A stretch of 42,904 nucleotides of DNA from an uncultured bacterium (GTDB taxonomy: Bacteria > RBG-13-61-14 > DRUE01), in NCBI GenBank assembly GCA_964592965.1, contig CAZQJX010000003.1, positions 1-42,904 on the forward strand, in the 5' to 3' direction. Shown piece after piece: positions 16,684 to 24,587 of this stretch. The stretch's first letter is position 1, and every line of letters begins with the position of its first letter. Position numbers and translations under genes: made by a program. The notes under the pieces are model-generated. The model was not told the DNA's origin. It searched no databases and was given only the letters and a program-made list of their open reading frames with translations.

Positions 16684-18257
16684 ACTTTAAGTCTTACAGA
16701 TGGGGAAGATGGCGCTGGCAAGTGGCGGAAGAGTATTATGACATTTTTCCAGAAATTGCCTCTCTTTGTGCAAATATAGAAGAAGCAGAGCCCGCTCGGA
16801 TTATTTCCGCTAGGAGCAATGAAATTTGGCTGGAACTCAGAGCTGAACATAAAGGATTCTCAGAACCTCTCTGGGCACGGGTTATTGAGCATTCTCTACC
16901 TAATGCTTTCTTCTGGCGAAAGCCTCCTCTACAGAGCATTTTCAAAAAAAGCATAGCTATCTATGAAAAAATGACTTGTGTGCCTAAGCCTGTTGCTTAC
17001 GGATTTAAGATAAAAATGCCAAGAAGGGAGCGTGAGATATTTATTTTTGAATCGTTAAGTCATTACCGTTCCCTGCCTTTATATTTGAGGGAGAATTTTA
17101 TTCCTAAAGAGGTTGAGTTTCATCCATTGGAAAAAAGAAAGCGTCTTGCTGAAATTTTGGAACAATTTGAGAGGATATTAAAAGCAGGCATTATCCCCAA
17201 GCCTGATGCGGAGCTTGAGCAGGTCTTTTATAGAATAGAAAAAGAGAGATTTAATATAATTTTTTCTCAGCCTGAGTTTTTAAATTTATATTCTTTTGCG
17301 GGGAAAAAACAGGAGCAGGAGTTTTTAGCCTGGCTGGCTTTTCAGCTCAAGCCTTATCTATCCCGAACCTACTGGATGAGATTTTTTCGCATTTATTGTT
17401 CAAAAAAAGAGCCTGCTGGCATTCATATCTCGCCTTTTTTAAAAGAGCTTTCTAATTTTTCCAAAAAGATTGCTCAAAAGCAGGTCAGAAAAGAAGAGGA
17501 GGCTATATGGAGGAAGAAGGAGCCGTATTTTTGGTTTGTTTGGCGGGGCTATAGGGTTTTTCTTTATCAGGTTATTGACCAGAATCAGGTAATAAAGATT
17601 TTACCTGAGCTAGGCTTTCTTTCTCGCAAAGGCTCGAAGATAAGGCTTAAGCTAAAAGGAAAAAGAGAGCCAGAGGAATGCGACCTGGTAGCAGTAGAAG
17701 AAGATAGAAGGCAGAAGCTTACAGCAAGAGATGCTTTTTTTCTTGCACCTTTTTTAAGAATTTATGGAATACCTTTTCAGACTCCGCTGATGGCGGTTGA
17801 GAGCCTTTCTGCCCAAAGCGGTTCCTATTTAATCTATGAGCCTCTTTCCTCTTCAGCAATGAGTTTGAGTGAATATCTGGCAAGGCTTTTAGCTGATGAG
17901 CTTTCTGGCAAAAGCTGGGATAGAAGATTTCTACTTCGTCTGGCGCATTTTTTAATTGAGGTTTTCAGGCTCGGATTGATTTTTCAAAAGCCAAGAGGAG
18001 ATGAGATTTGGGTAGAGGAGAGCGCCGAGGGAGAAAGATTTTATCTTTCTCATCTGGAGCGCATCAAAAAACTGAAGAAAATAAACATAGCTGAGCTTAA
18101 AAGGGCGCTTTTTGAGCTTTTAGGCTCTTTGCTTTTACCGGAATCAGATGCTTTTTTGGTTTTAGAGGAATTTATCAGGCATTTTGAAGGATTTAAGGAA
18201 AGGCGAAAAGAGCTTCTTTTTGAATTTCAGATTTATTTTCGGGAGATAAGCAGGTGA
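16680..18257 (+). CDS. Hypothetical protein; possible tandem LPS-kinase (Kdo/WaaP/InaA)-like fold with degenerate catalytic motifs
   Basis: 525-aa ORF with an ATGA overlap to the GT9 gene and a TGATG overlap to the GT4 gene. Two segments resemble the kinase N-lobe/hinge pattern by eye. No clear catalytic loop was seen. The functional call is weak. Confidence 0.6.
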   Translation: MNFKSYRWGRWRWQVAEEYYDIFPEIASLCANIEEAEPARIISARSNEIWLELRAEHKGFSEPLWARVIEHSLPNAFFWRKPPLQSIFKKSIAIYEKMTCVPKPVAYGFKIKMPRREREIFIFESLSHYRSLPLYLRENFIPKEVEFHPLEKRKRLAEILEQFERILKAGIIPKPDAELEQVFYRIEKERFNIIFSQPEFLNLYSFAGKKQEQEFLAWLAFQLKPYLSRTYWMRFFRIYCSKKEPAGIHISPFLKELSNFSKKIAQKQVRKEEEAIWRKKEPYFWFVWRGYRVFLYQVIDQNQVIKILPELGFLSRKGSKIRLKLKGKREPEECDLVAVEEDRRQKLTARDAFFLAPFLRIYGIPFQTPLMAVESLSAQSGSYLIYEPLSSSAMSLSEYLARLLADELSGKSWDRRFLLRLAHFLIEVFRLGLIFQKPRGDEIWVEESAEGERFYLSHLERIKKLKKINIAELKRALFELLGSLLLPESDAFLVLEEFIRHFEGFKERRKELLFEFQIYFREISR

Positions 18258-19393
18258 TGGAAAAGATTAAGGTATTAATTTACGCACCTATCCGCTGGCT
18301 GAATGCAGAGTGTGCTTATATCCTCTCGCTGGTGCCTGGGCTTATGGAGAGAGGAATGGAAATAGTAATTATGGCGAGCCCTGGCAATCCTATTCTTGAG
18401 GAAGCAAAAAAGCTCGGCATAAGGGTTGAGGGGCGATTTGACCTGCTCACACTTAATCCCATCAAACTATCAAAAACCCTTCCTTTACTTAAAAGGTGGC
18501 TGGAACAAGAGCGGTTTGATATCATTGATGTTCATCGCTCCGAAGGATTTGCCCTTATCGCCAGATTAGTGAATAAGCTAAATCCTAAACCTTGTTTGGT
18601 TCGCACTCGTCAGGATATGCGTCCTGCCCGCTCCGACCCAATTAATCGCCGAACCTATCATCAGGCTGACCTTATCATAACTTCCAATCAACTTTTAGCA
18701 GAGGATTTAAAAGCTCGGCTTAAACTTCCAGATGAAAAATTAGCAGTGATTTACTTTGGCATTGACCCAGAAGAATTTAAGCCGACCAAATCAAAAAAGG
18801 ATGCTCAGGCAGAATTCGGAATAGACCCCAATTGGCGCCTGATAGGTCTTTCTGCACGGCTTGCGCCAGTTAAGGGTCATAAATATTTTCTTGAATGCGC
18901 AGAGATTATTTCGGAGCGAGTTTCTGAGGCTCGTTTTTTGGTTTCTTATCGGATTATTGAGCCTGAGAGTGATTTTTTATCTTTGCTGGAAAAAAGCCCG
19001 ATTAAAGATAAATTCTTACTTTTCGGTCCCTGCCAGGAGCGTGCGGATTTACTTAATCTCTGCGAGGTGGGAGTTTTAAGCTCAGTGGGAAGTGAAGCTA
19101 GCAGTAGAGCCTGTCTGGAATGGATGGCTTTAAAAAAGCCAGTGGTTGCCAGCAGGGTGGGGGTGCTTCCTGAGCTAATTATTCCTGCTGAAACAGGATA
19201 CTTGGTAATGCCAAGAGATAGCAAGGCAATGGCAGAGGCAATTTTAAAATTGCTTTCTCACCCTGAGCGTGCTCGGGAAATGGGAGAGCAGGGATATAAG
19301 AGGGTGGTTGAAAATTTCACCAAAAAGAAAATGATTGACCAGACCTATCAATACTTTTCTGAGCTGGTGAAAAGGGCTAGAGGAGGTCTTTAA
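18257..19393 (+). CDS. Glycosyltransferase family 4 (GT-B, group 1)
   Basis: About 378 aa. The E-x7-E motif is EASSRACLE, followed by ALKKPVVASRVGVLPELI. ATG 18257 overlaps the upstream stop codon; GTG 18254 is an alternative start. Confidence 0.85.
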   Translation: MEKIKVLIYAPIRWLNAECAYILSLVPGLMERGMEIVIMASPGNPILEEAKKLGIRVEGRFDLLTLNPIKLSKTLPLLKRWLEQERFDIIDVHRSEGFALIARLVNKLNPKPCLVRTRQDMRPARSDPINRRTYHQADLIITSNQLLAEDLKARLKLPDEKLAVIYFGIDPEEFKPTKSKKDAQAEFGIDPNWRLIGLSARLAPVKGHKYFLECAEIISERVSEARFLVSYRIIEPESDFLSLLEKSPIKDKFLLFGPCQERADLLNLCEVGVLSSVGSEASSRACLEWMALKKPVVASRVGVLPELIIPAETGYLVMPRDSKAMAEAILKLLSHPERAREMGEQGYKRVVENFTKKKMIDQTYQYFSELVKRARGGL

Positions 19394-20180
19394 CCAAATC
19401 AACCAGTTTGGGCATTGCTTTTGCTGCTGTTTCTGAAAGATAAACATCAGTAATTGAAGAATAGTAATTATCAGTTGGATTAATTTCAATTATTTTAGCT
19501 TTGTTCTCATAAGCCTGATAAGGAAGGGCAGCAGCAGGATACACCACGCCTGAGGTTCCCAGAACCAGCATCAGGTCACAGCTACTTGCTGCCTGAAAAG
19601 CCTCAGGCAGTTGCTGGACAGGCTCACCAAACATCACCACATCCGGACGAGTATAACTCTGACAATAGGGACAGTGAGGGAGAATCTCTAAGAGTTTTTG
19701 AGGAGCTGGTCTGGGGTCTTCTTCAAGTATTTTTCTGGTTCGGGCAAGAAGCTCTTTTTTGTTAAGCTGTTGCTTTCTACCACAGCTTAAACAGCGGGCA
19801 CGAAAAAGGTTGCCGTGAACTTCTATTACATTTGAGCTTCCCGCCTCTTGATGGAGATTGTCTATGTTTTGAGTAATAACGACCTTTAACAATCCCAAAT
19901 CCTCAAGCTCCTTAAGACCAATATGCCCTGGATTGGGTTTGGCCTGCTCAAATATCTCTACTGTTTTAAGGAGAAAATCACGAATCACCTCAGGTCGCTG
20001 GCTAAGAGTGGCAATAAGCCCGCCAGTGGTGCCCACTTCATCAGGGTCAAACTGGTCCCAGATTCCACCTGGGTCACGGAAAGTTGGGATACCGCTTTCT
20101 GCACTTATTCCCGCACCTGTAAAAGCAACAATATGCCTGCTTTCCGCAATTAACTTTGCTGCTTTTTGAAAAGCATCCAT
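19377..20180 (-). CDS. cobB: NAD-dependent protein deacylase, Sir2 (sirtuin) family
   Basis: Motifs GAGISAESGIPTFRD, QNIDNLH and HG are present, along with two CxxC pairs (CLSC, CPYC) for the Zn module. Start ATG 20180 (MDAFQKAA...) is preferred to GTG 20204. The 3-prime end overlaps the convergent GT4 gene by 17 nt. Confidence 0.88.
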   Translation of the reverse strand: MDAFQKAAKLIAESRHIVAFTGAGISAESGIPTFRDPGGIWDQFDPDEVGTTGGLIATLSQRPEVIRDFLLKTVEIFEQAKPNPGHIGLKELEDLGLLKVVITQNIDNLHQEAGSSNVIEVHGNLFRARCLSCGRKQQLNKKELLARTRKILEEDPRPAPQKLLEILPHCPYCQSYTRPDVVMFGEPVQQLPEAFQAASSCDLMLVLGTSGVVYPAAALPYQAYENKAKIIEINPTDNYYSSITDVYLSETAAKAMPKLVDLVKDLL

Positions 20181-20254
20181 AATCTTGAAATAAGAAATTA
20201 CCACTCCTTTTTTGCTCGGTCAAGTGAAGCCCTTGAGAAAAAAATTAATTCAAA

Positions 20255-20282
20255 TTGTAAAAGTTCATTTTCTTGTTAAAAT
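20255..20282 (+). promoter_or_regulatory. Candidate sigma-70 promoter (extended -10) for the cNMP > ChlI > ChlD > macro run
   Basis: TTGTAA - 16 nt - TAAAAT, preceded by TGt. The -10 ends 8 nt before ATG 20291, so the transcript may be leaderless. Confidence 0.4.
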
Positions 20283-20290
20283 ATAGTTTG

Positions 20291-20761
20291 ATGAGCTTAG
20301 ACCTTGAGTTACTTCGCAAGACCGACCTCTTCCGTGGTCTGAACAAAGATGAGCTCGGAAAAATTACAGGTATATCTGCCAAAGAAAGCTACAGACAAAA
20401 TGAGCAGATTTTTGCTGAAGGAGAGAGAGGCGATAAGTTTTATTTAATCCTCAACGGTGAGGTAAGAATCAGCAAGATTATTGACGGTGTGGGAGAGGAA
20501 GCACTTAAGGTTTTAAAAAAAGGGGAATATTTTGGAGAGATGAGCCTGATTGATGATGAGCCAAGAAGCGCCTATGCTATTGCCAACACGGATGTTGACC
20601 TTATGGTCATTGACCGAAAGGATTTTGAAAAGCTTTTAAGTGAAGACAAAGAGCTTGCATATAAACTGCTCTGGAGCTTTGTCAGAACCCTTTCGCAGAG
20701 ACTGCGTGAGACAAATGAGAAAATCAAGTCCTTTTTCGCTATGACTGGACCTTTTAAATAA
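20291..20761 (+). CDS. Cyclic-nucleotide-binding domain protein (stand-alone CNB domain, no HTH)
   Basis: Phosphate-binding cassette FGEMSLIDDEPRSAYA and upstream GDKFYLILNGEV beta-roll motif. ATG 20291 is preferred, because the TTG at 20273 lies inside the predicted promoter. Confidence 0.85.
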   Translation: MSLDLELLRKTDLFRGLNKDELGKITGISAKESYRQNEQIFAEGERGDKFYLILNGEVRISKIIDGVGEEALKVLKKGEYFGEMSLIDDEPRSAYAIANTDVDLMVIDRKDFEKLLSEDKELAYKLLWSFVRTLSQRLRETNEKIKSFFAMTGPFK

Positions 20762-20803
20762 GCTCAATGGCAAGTTCTCAAATCAAATCTAAGGAGTGAG
20801 AAA

Positions 20804-21859
20804 ATGAAGGAATGGAAGGTTTTTCCTTTTAGTGCCATTGTTGGTCAGGATAAGATGAAGCTGGCGCTTATTTTAAATGCCATTAATCCAAAGCTAGGTG
20901 GTGTTTTAATTAGAGGAGAAAAAGGCACTGCCAAAAGCACGGCGGTGCGGGCGCTGGCATCGCTTTTGCCAGAGATAGAGGTTGTAAAAGGATGTAGGTT
21001 CCGTTGCGACCCGTCTATACCTTCAAAGCTCTGCCCTGAGTGTCAGGAAAAGTTGGAAAAAGAGGGCAGGCTTGAAACTGAAAAAGTTAAAATGCGGGTG
21101 GTGGACCTTCCGATAAATGCTACTGAAGACAGAGTGGTGGGAACTCTTGACTTAGAGCACGCTTTAAAAGAAGGTGAGAAAAAATTTGAGCCAGGTGTGC
21201 TTGCTGAAGCGAACAGAGGCATACTTTATGTGGATGAGGTAAATCTTCTTGATGACCACATTGTTGATGTGCTTTTGGATTCAGCAGCTATGGGGGTTAA
21301 TACAGTGGAACGTGAAGGTGTGAGCTATACGCATCCTGCGGAGTTTATTTTGGTGGGAACAATGAACCCTGAAGAAGGAGAGCTCCGTCCTCAGCTTCTT
21401 GACCGCTTTGGATTATGTGTGAACATTCAAACCCTTCGTGACCCAGACCAGCGGGTGGAGATTATCAGGCGCTGGTCTGAATATGAGGAAGACCCAGAAA
21501 AATTCATAGAAAAATGGAAAGAAGAAGATGAAAAGCTCAGCCAGAGAATAACCGAAGCTAAAAAAATACTTCCTGAAGTGGAGATTTCTCGGGAGATGCT
21601 TTTTAGAATTGCCAATATATCCATTGCTTTAGGAGTGGATGGTCATCGCTCAGATCTGGTGCTGATGAAAGCAGCCAAAACCCGAGCAGCCTTTTTCGGA
21701 AGAAAAGAGGTGGTTGAAGAAGACATTAACGAATGCATAGAGCTTGCCTTTACCCACAGAATGAGAAGAAAGCCGTTTGAGGATATGGTGCTTGATACTA
21801 AAAAAATAGAGGAGATGATTAATCGCCAGATTTCTGAAAGAGCAGGGAGCAGGTATTGA
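20804..21859 (+). CDS. ChlI/BchI-type AAA+ ATPase (magnesium-chelatase subunit I-like)
   Basis: 351 aa. [10 protein letters not shown], Walker A GEKGTAKS, Walker [32 protein letters not shown] Cys4 insertion is present (C64, C68, C77, C80). RBS aaggag upstream. Confidence 0.88.
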   Translation: MKEWKVFPFSAIVGQDKMKLALILNAINPKLGGVLIRGEKGTAKSTAVRALASLLPEIEVVKGCRFRCDPSIPSKLCPECQEKLEKEGRLETEKVKMRVVDLPINATEDRVVGTLDLEHALKEGEKKFEPGVLAEANRGILYVDEVNLLDDHIVDVLLDSAAMGVNTVEREGVSYTHPAEFILVGTMNPEEGELRPQLLDRFGLCVNIQTLRDPDQRVEIIRRWSEYEEDPEKFIEKWKEEDEKLSQRITEAKKILPEVEISREMLFRIANISIALGVDGHRSDLVLMKAAKTRAAFFGRKEVVEEDINECIELAFTHRMRRKPFEDMVLDTKKIEEMINRQISERAGSRY

Positions 21860-23937
21860 TGAAAAACAAAAAATACCGACCGCCTGTTTTCCCTTTTACT
21901 GCTTTGGTCGGGCAGGATTTATTAAAAACCGCTTTAATTCTCAATGCTATTAATCCCAATCTTTGCGGTGTGCTCATTCGTGGTGATAAAGGCACAGCAA
22001 AGAGCACAGCGGTGCGGGCGCTGGCTAATTTACTTCCTGAGATAGAAGAGGTTGAAAATTGTCCTTTTCACTGCCACCCTTATGACCCGCTTCGGATGTG
22101 CGAAAGTTGCAGGGAGCGCTTTGAGAAAGGAGAGAAACTTCCTATTGTGAAAACCAAAGTTCGAGTGGTTGACCTGCCTCTTAATACAACTGAAGACCGC
22201 TTGGTGGGAAGTATTGATTTTGAATATGCCATAAAAACAGGAGAAAAGCGCTTCCAACCTGGAATATTGGCAGAGGCAAATCGTGGGATTATTTACATTG
22301 ATGAGGTCAATCTTCTTGAAGACCATCTAGTAGATATCCTTCTTGATACCGCGGTGAGCGGTGTGAATGTTGTGGAAAGGGAAGGGATTAGCTTTACTCA
22401 TCCTAGCAGATACATTCTTATTGCCACGATGAACCCTGAAGAAGGAGATATTCGCCCCCAATTTCTGGACAGGTTTGGGCTTTGCGTTTCAGTGACTGGT
22501 TTAGATGACCCATATTTACGAATGGAAGTGGCTTTGCGCAGAGAGGAGTTTGACCAAGACCCAGAAGGGTTTATCCGTAAATGGAAGCCAAAAGAAGATG
22601 AGCTCAGGGAGCGGATTTTAAAAGCCCGCTTTTTATTGCCTCAAGTATCTATTACTGAGGAGCAGAGAAAGCAGATTGCCTGGATTGGTATGATGAATAT
22701 GGTAAGCGGTCATCGGGCAGATATTTTAATTGAAAAAACTGCTCGAACCATTGCTGCTTGGAGAGGCAGGAAAGAGGTTTTTGAAGATGATATCAGGCTG
22801 GCAAGTGAGCTGGTTTTATTGCACCGGAGAAGAGAGGTTGATGAGCTCAAGCCTCAAAGGCATCCGCAGGCAATTCAGGAGAATCAGCGAGGGGAAGAAT
22901 TAAGGGAGCAAAAAGAACTGCGTGAAAAAGAAGCATCTTCTGAACAAGGCTCGGGCACTGCTCCTCAGGAAGGTGTGGGAAGGCAAAGCCCAACCGAGCG
23001 TCCGCCCCAGCCCCATCCTGGCAATGCGGATACCTTTTCGGGCAGGGGAATGGAGATAGCCCATGAGCAAGTGTTTAAAATTGGCAAGCCTGTTCAAATC
23101 AGCACCAAAGAGATAAAATTTGCCCGTGATACGCTCAAGCGCAATCAAAGCGGTCGCAGGGTAATGACCCGCACATCTAATCGCACAGGTAGATATGTAC
23201 GGGCAACAACCGAGCGGTTAAACAATGACCTTGCTTTTGATGCCACCTTGCGGGCAGCAGCTCCTTATCAAAAGCATCGTCCTAAAACACATCTTGCCAT
23301 TAATATCAAAGACCAAGATATTCGGGAAAAGGTGCGAATGAAAAAAACTTCTAACCTCCTGCTTTTTGTTGTAGATGCATCTGGCTCAATGGGCACTAAA
23401 TTAATGGCAGAAACCAAAGGCGCTATTTTTGCCCTTTTGCTTGAGGCATATCAAAAGCGTGATAAGGTGGGATTGATTGCCTTTAGGGGAATGAAAGCAG
23501 ATGTTCTTCTTCCCCCAACCAATTCCATAGAGCTTGCTAAAAAGCTTTTGGAAGAATTGCCCACAGGCGGAAAGACTCCTCTTGGTCATGGTCTTCTGAC
23601 CGCCTATCAGGTTTTGAAGCGTGAGCTGGCTCGTGAGCCAGACCTTCTTCCTCTGTTGATTGTTGTTACTGATGGAAGAGCCAATGTCGGCTTGGATAAG
23701 AACAAATATTATGAAGGTCCGCAGTTTGGAGAAATTTATAGAGAAATTTATGAAATCTGCCGATTAATTCAAAAGGAACAAAGGGTGCGCTCACTAGTCA
23801 TTGATGCAGAGGAGAAGCGATTGGGAAGTTTTGGCAGAAGCAAAAAGCTGGCTCAGGCGCTTAATGCAAAATATTATGTTCTTGAGGAATTGGTAAGAGA
23901 AGAAATTCTCAAAACCATAGAAGATGAACTAAGATAG
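21859..23937 (+). CDS. ChlD/BchD-type protein: AAA+ module, acidic/Pro-rich linker, and vWA domain
   Basis: The N-terminal AAA+ module is very similar to the preceding gene (GDKGTAKS, IYIDEVNLLED). The linker contains ...ERPPQPHPGN.... The C-terminal vWA domain has the MIDAS motif VVDASGSMG plus VVTDGRAN. The ATG overlaps the upstream stop (TGATG). Confidence 0.88.
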   Translation: MKNKKYRPPVFPFTALVGQDLLKTALILNAINPNLCGVLIRGDKGTAKSTAVRALANLLPEIEEVENCPFHCHPYDPLRMCESCRERFEKGEKLPIVKTKVRVVDLPLNTTEDRLVGSIDFEYAIKTGEKRFQPGILAEANRGIIYIDEVNLLEDHLVDILLDTAVSGVNVVEREGISFTHPSRYILIATMNPEEGDIRPQFLDRFGLCVSVTGLDDPYLRMEVALRREEFDQDPEGFIRKWKPKEDELRERILKARFLLPQVSITEEQRKQIAWIGMMNMVSGHRADILIEKTARTIAAWRGRKEVFEDDIRLASELVLLHRRREVDELKPQRHPQAIQENQRGEELREQKELREKEASSEQGSGTAPQEGVGRQSPTERPPQPHPGNADTFSGRGMEIAHEQVFKIGKPVQISTKEIKFARDTLKRNQSGRRVMTRTSNRTGRYVRATTERLNNDLAFDATLRAAAPYQKHRPKTHLAINIKDQDIREKVRMKKTSNLLLFVVDASGSMGTKLMAETKGAIFALLLEAYQKRDKVGLIAFRGMKADVLLPPTNSIELAKKLLEELPTGGKTPLGHGLLTAYQVLKRELAREPDLLPLLIVVTDGRANVGLDKNKYYEGPQFGEIYREIYEICRLIQKEQRVRSLVIDAEEKRLGSFGRSKKLAQALNAKYYVLEELVREEILKTIEDELR

Positions 23938-24008
23938 ATGCTTTCCAAAGACCTCTGCTTCCTTATATTAACCAGTTTTAGAATAATAAAACCAAAAGGA
24001 GGGAATTA

Positions 24009-24515
24009 ATGAAGGTTGTGGTTGAAAAGAAGAGCCTTTTGGAGCTGGATGTAGATGCTATTGTTAATCCTGCTAATTCTCAAGGGAGAATGGGCGGTGG
24101 GGTGGCAGGAGCAATTAAAAAAGTAGGCGGAGCACAGATTGAAAAGGAGGCAATGGCTCAGGCGCCCATTGCTATTGGAGAGGCGGTTTTAACCAGTGCG
24201 GGCAAATTGCCCTGCAAATATGTAATCCATGCGCCCACAATGGAGAAACCTGCGCAAAAGACCAGTGCGGAAAATGTCTTTCGGGCAACAACCGCTGTGC
24301 TTAAACTGGCTAAAAAGAAAGGAATAAAAAGCCTTGCCTTTCCCGGTATGGGAACAGGGGTAGGAAAAGTTCCGCCAAAGGATTCTGCTAAAGCTATGGT
24401 TGAAGCAATTAAAAATTTTGCTGATAAAAGCATAGAACTTATATATCTTGTGGATTTAAACGATGAAATGGTTGACGCTTTTAGACAAGCAGTAAAAGAA
24501 ATATTGGAAAAATAA
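24009..24515 (+). CDS. Macro domain protein (ADP-ribose / O-acetyl-ADP-ribose binding or hydrolase)
   Basis: 168 aa. VDAIVNPANSQGRMGGGVAGAI and FPGMGTGVG are macro-domain signatures. Strong RBS aaggaggg. Confidence 0.85.
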   Translation: MKVVVEKKSLLELDVDAIVNPANSQGRMGGGVAGAIKKVGGAQIEKEAMAQAPIAIGEAVLTSAGKLPCKYVIHAPTMEKPAQKTSAENVFRATTAVLKLAKKKGIKSLAFPGMGTGVGKVPPKDSAKAMVEAIKNFADKSIELIYLVDLNDEMVDAFRQAVKEILEK

Positions 24516-24587
24516 TACCCAAATCCTTCCGAAAAGATTTTTGCTTTGACAGCAGAGCTAAAACTGATTAGCCTATTTTGAGTAAAA

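Noticed and set aside
19377-20204. Whether the Sir2 gene could be a phage-defence NADase (Thoeris/DSR/pAgo-associated type).
   Set aside because: It is short and has the full canonical sirtuin motifs (GAGISAESGIPTFRD, QNIDNLH) plus the 2xCxxC zinc module. It has no fused sensor or effector domain or defence-type partner gene. A housekeeping CobB-like deacylase is the simpler call.
20804-23937. ChlI/ChlD as evidence of (bacterio)chlorophyll synthesis or phototrophy.
   Set aside because: There is no ChlH/BchH, no other pigment gene, and nothing else phototrophy-related in the window. I/D-like pairs are widespread in non-phototrophs.
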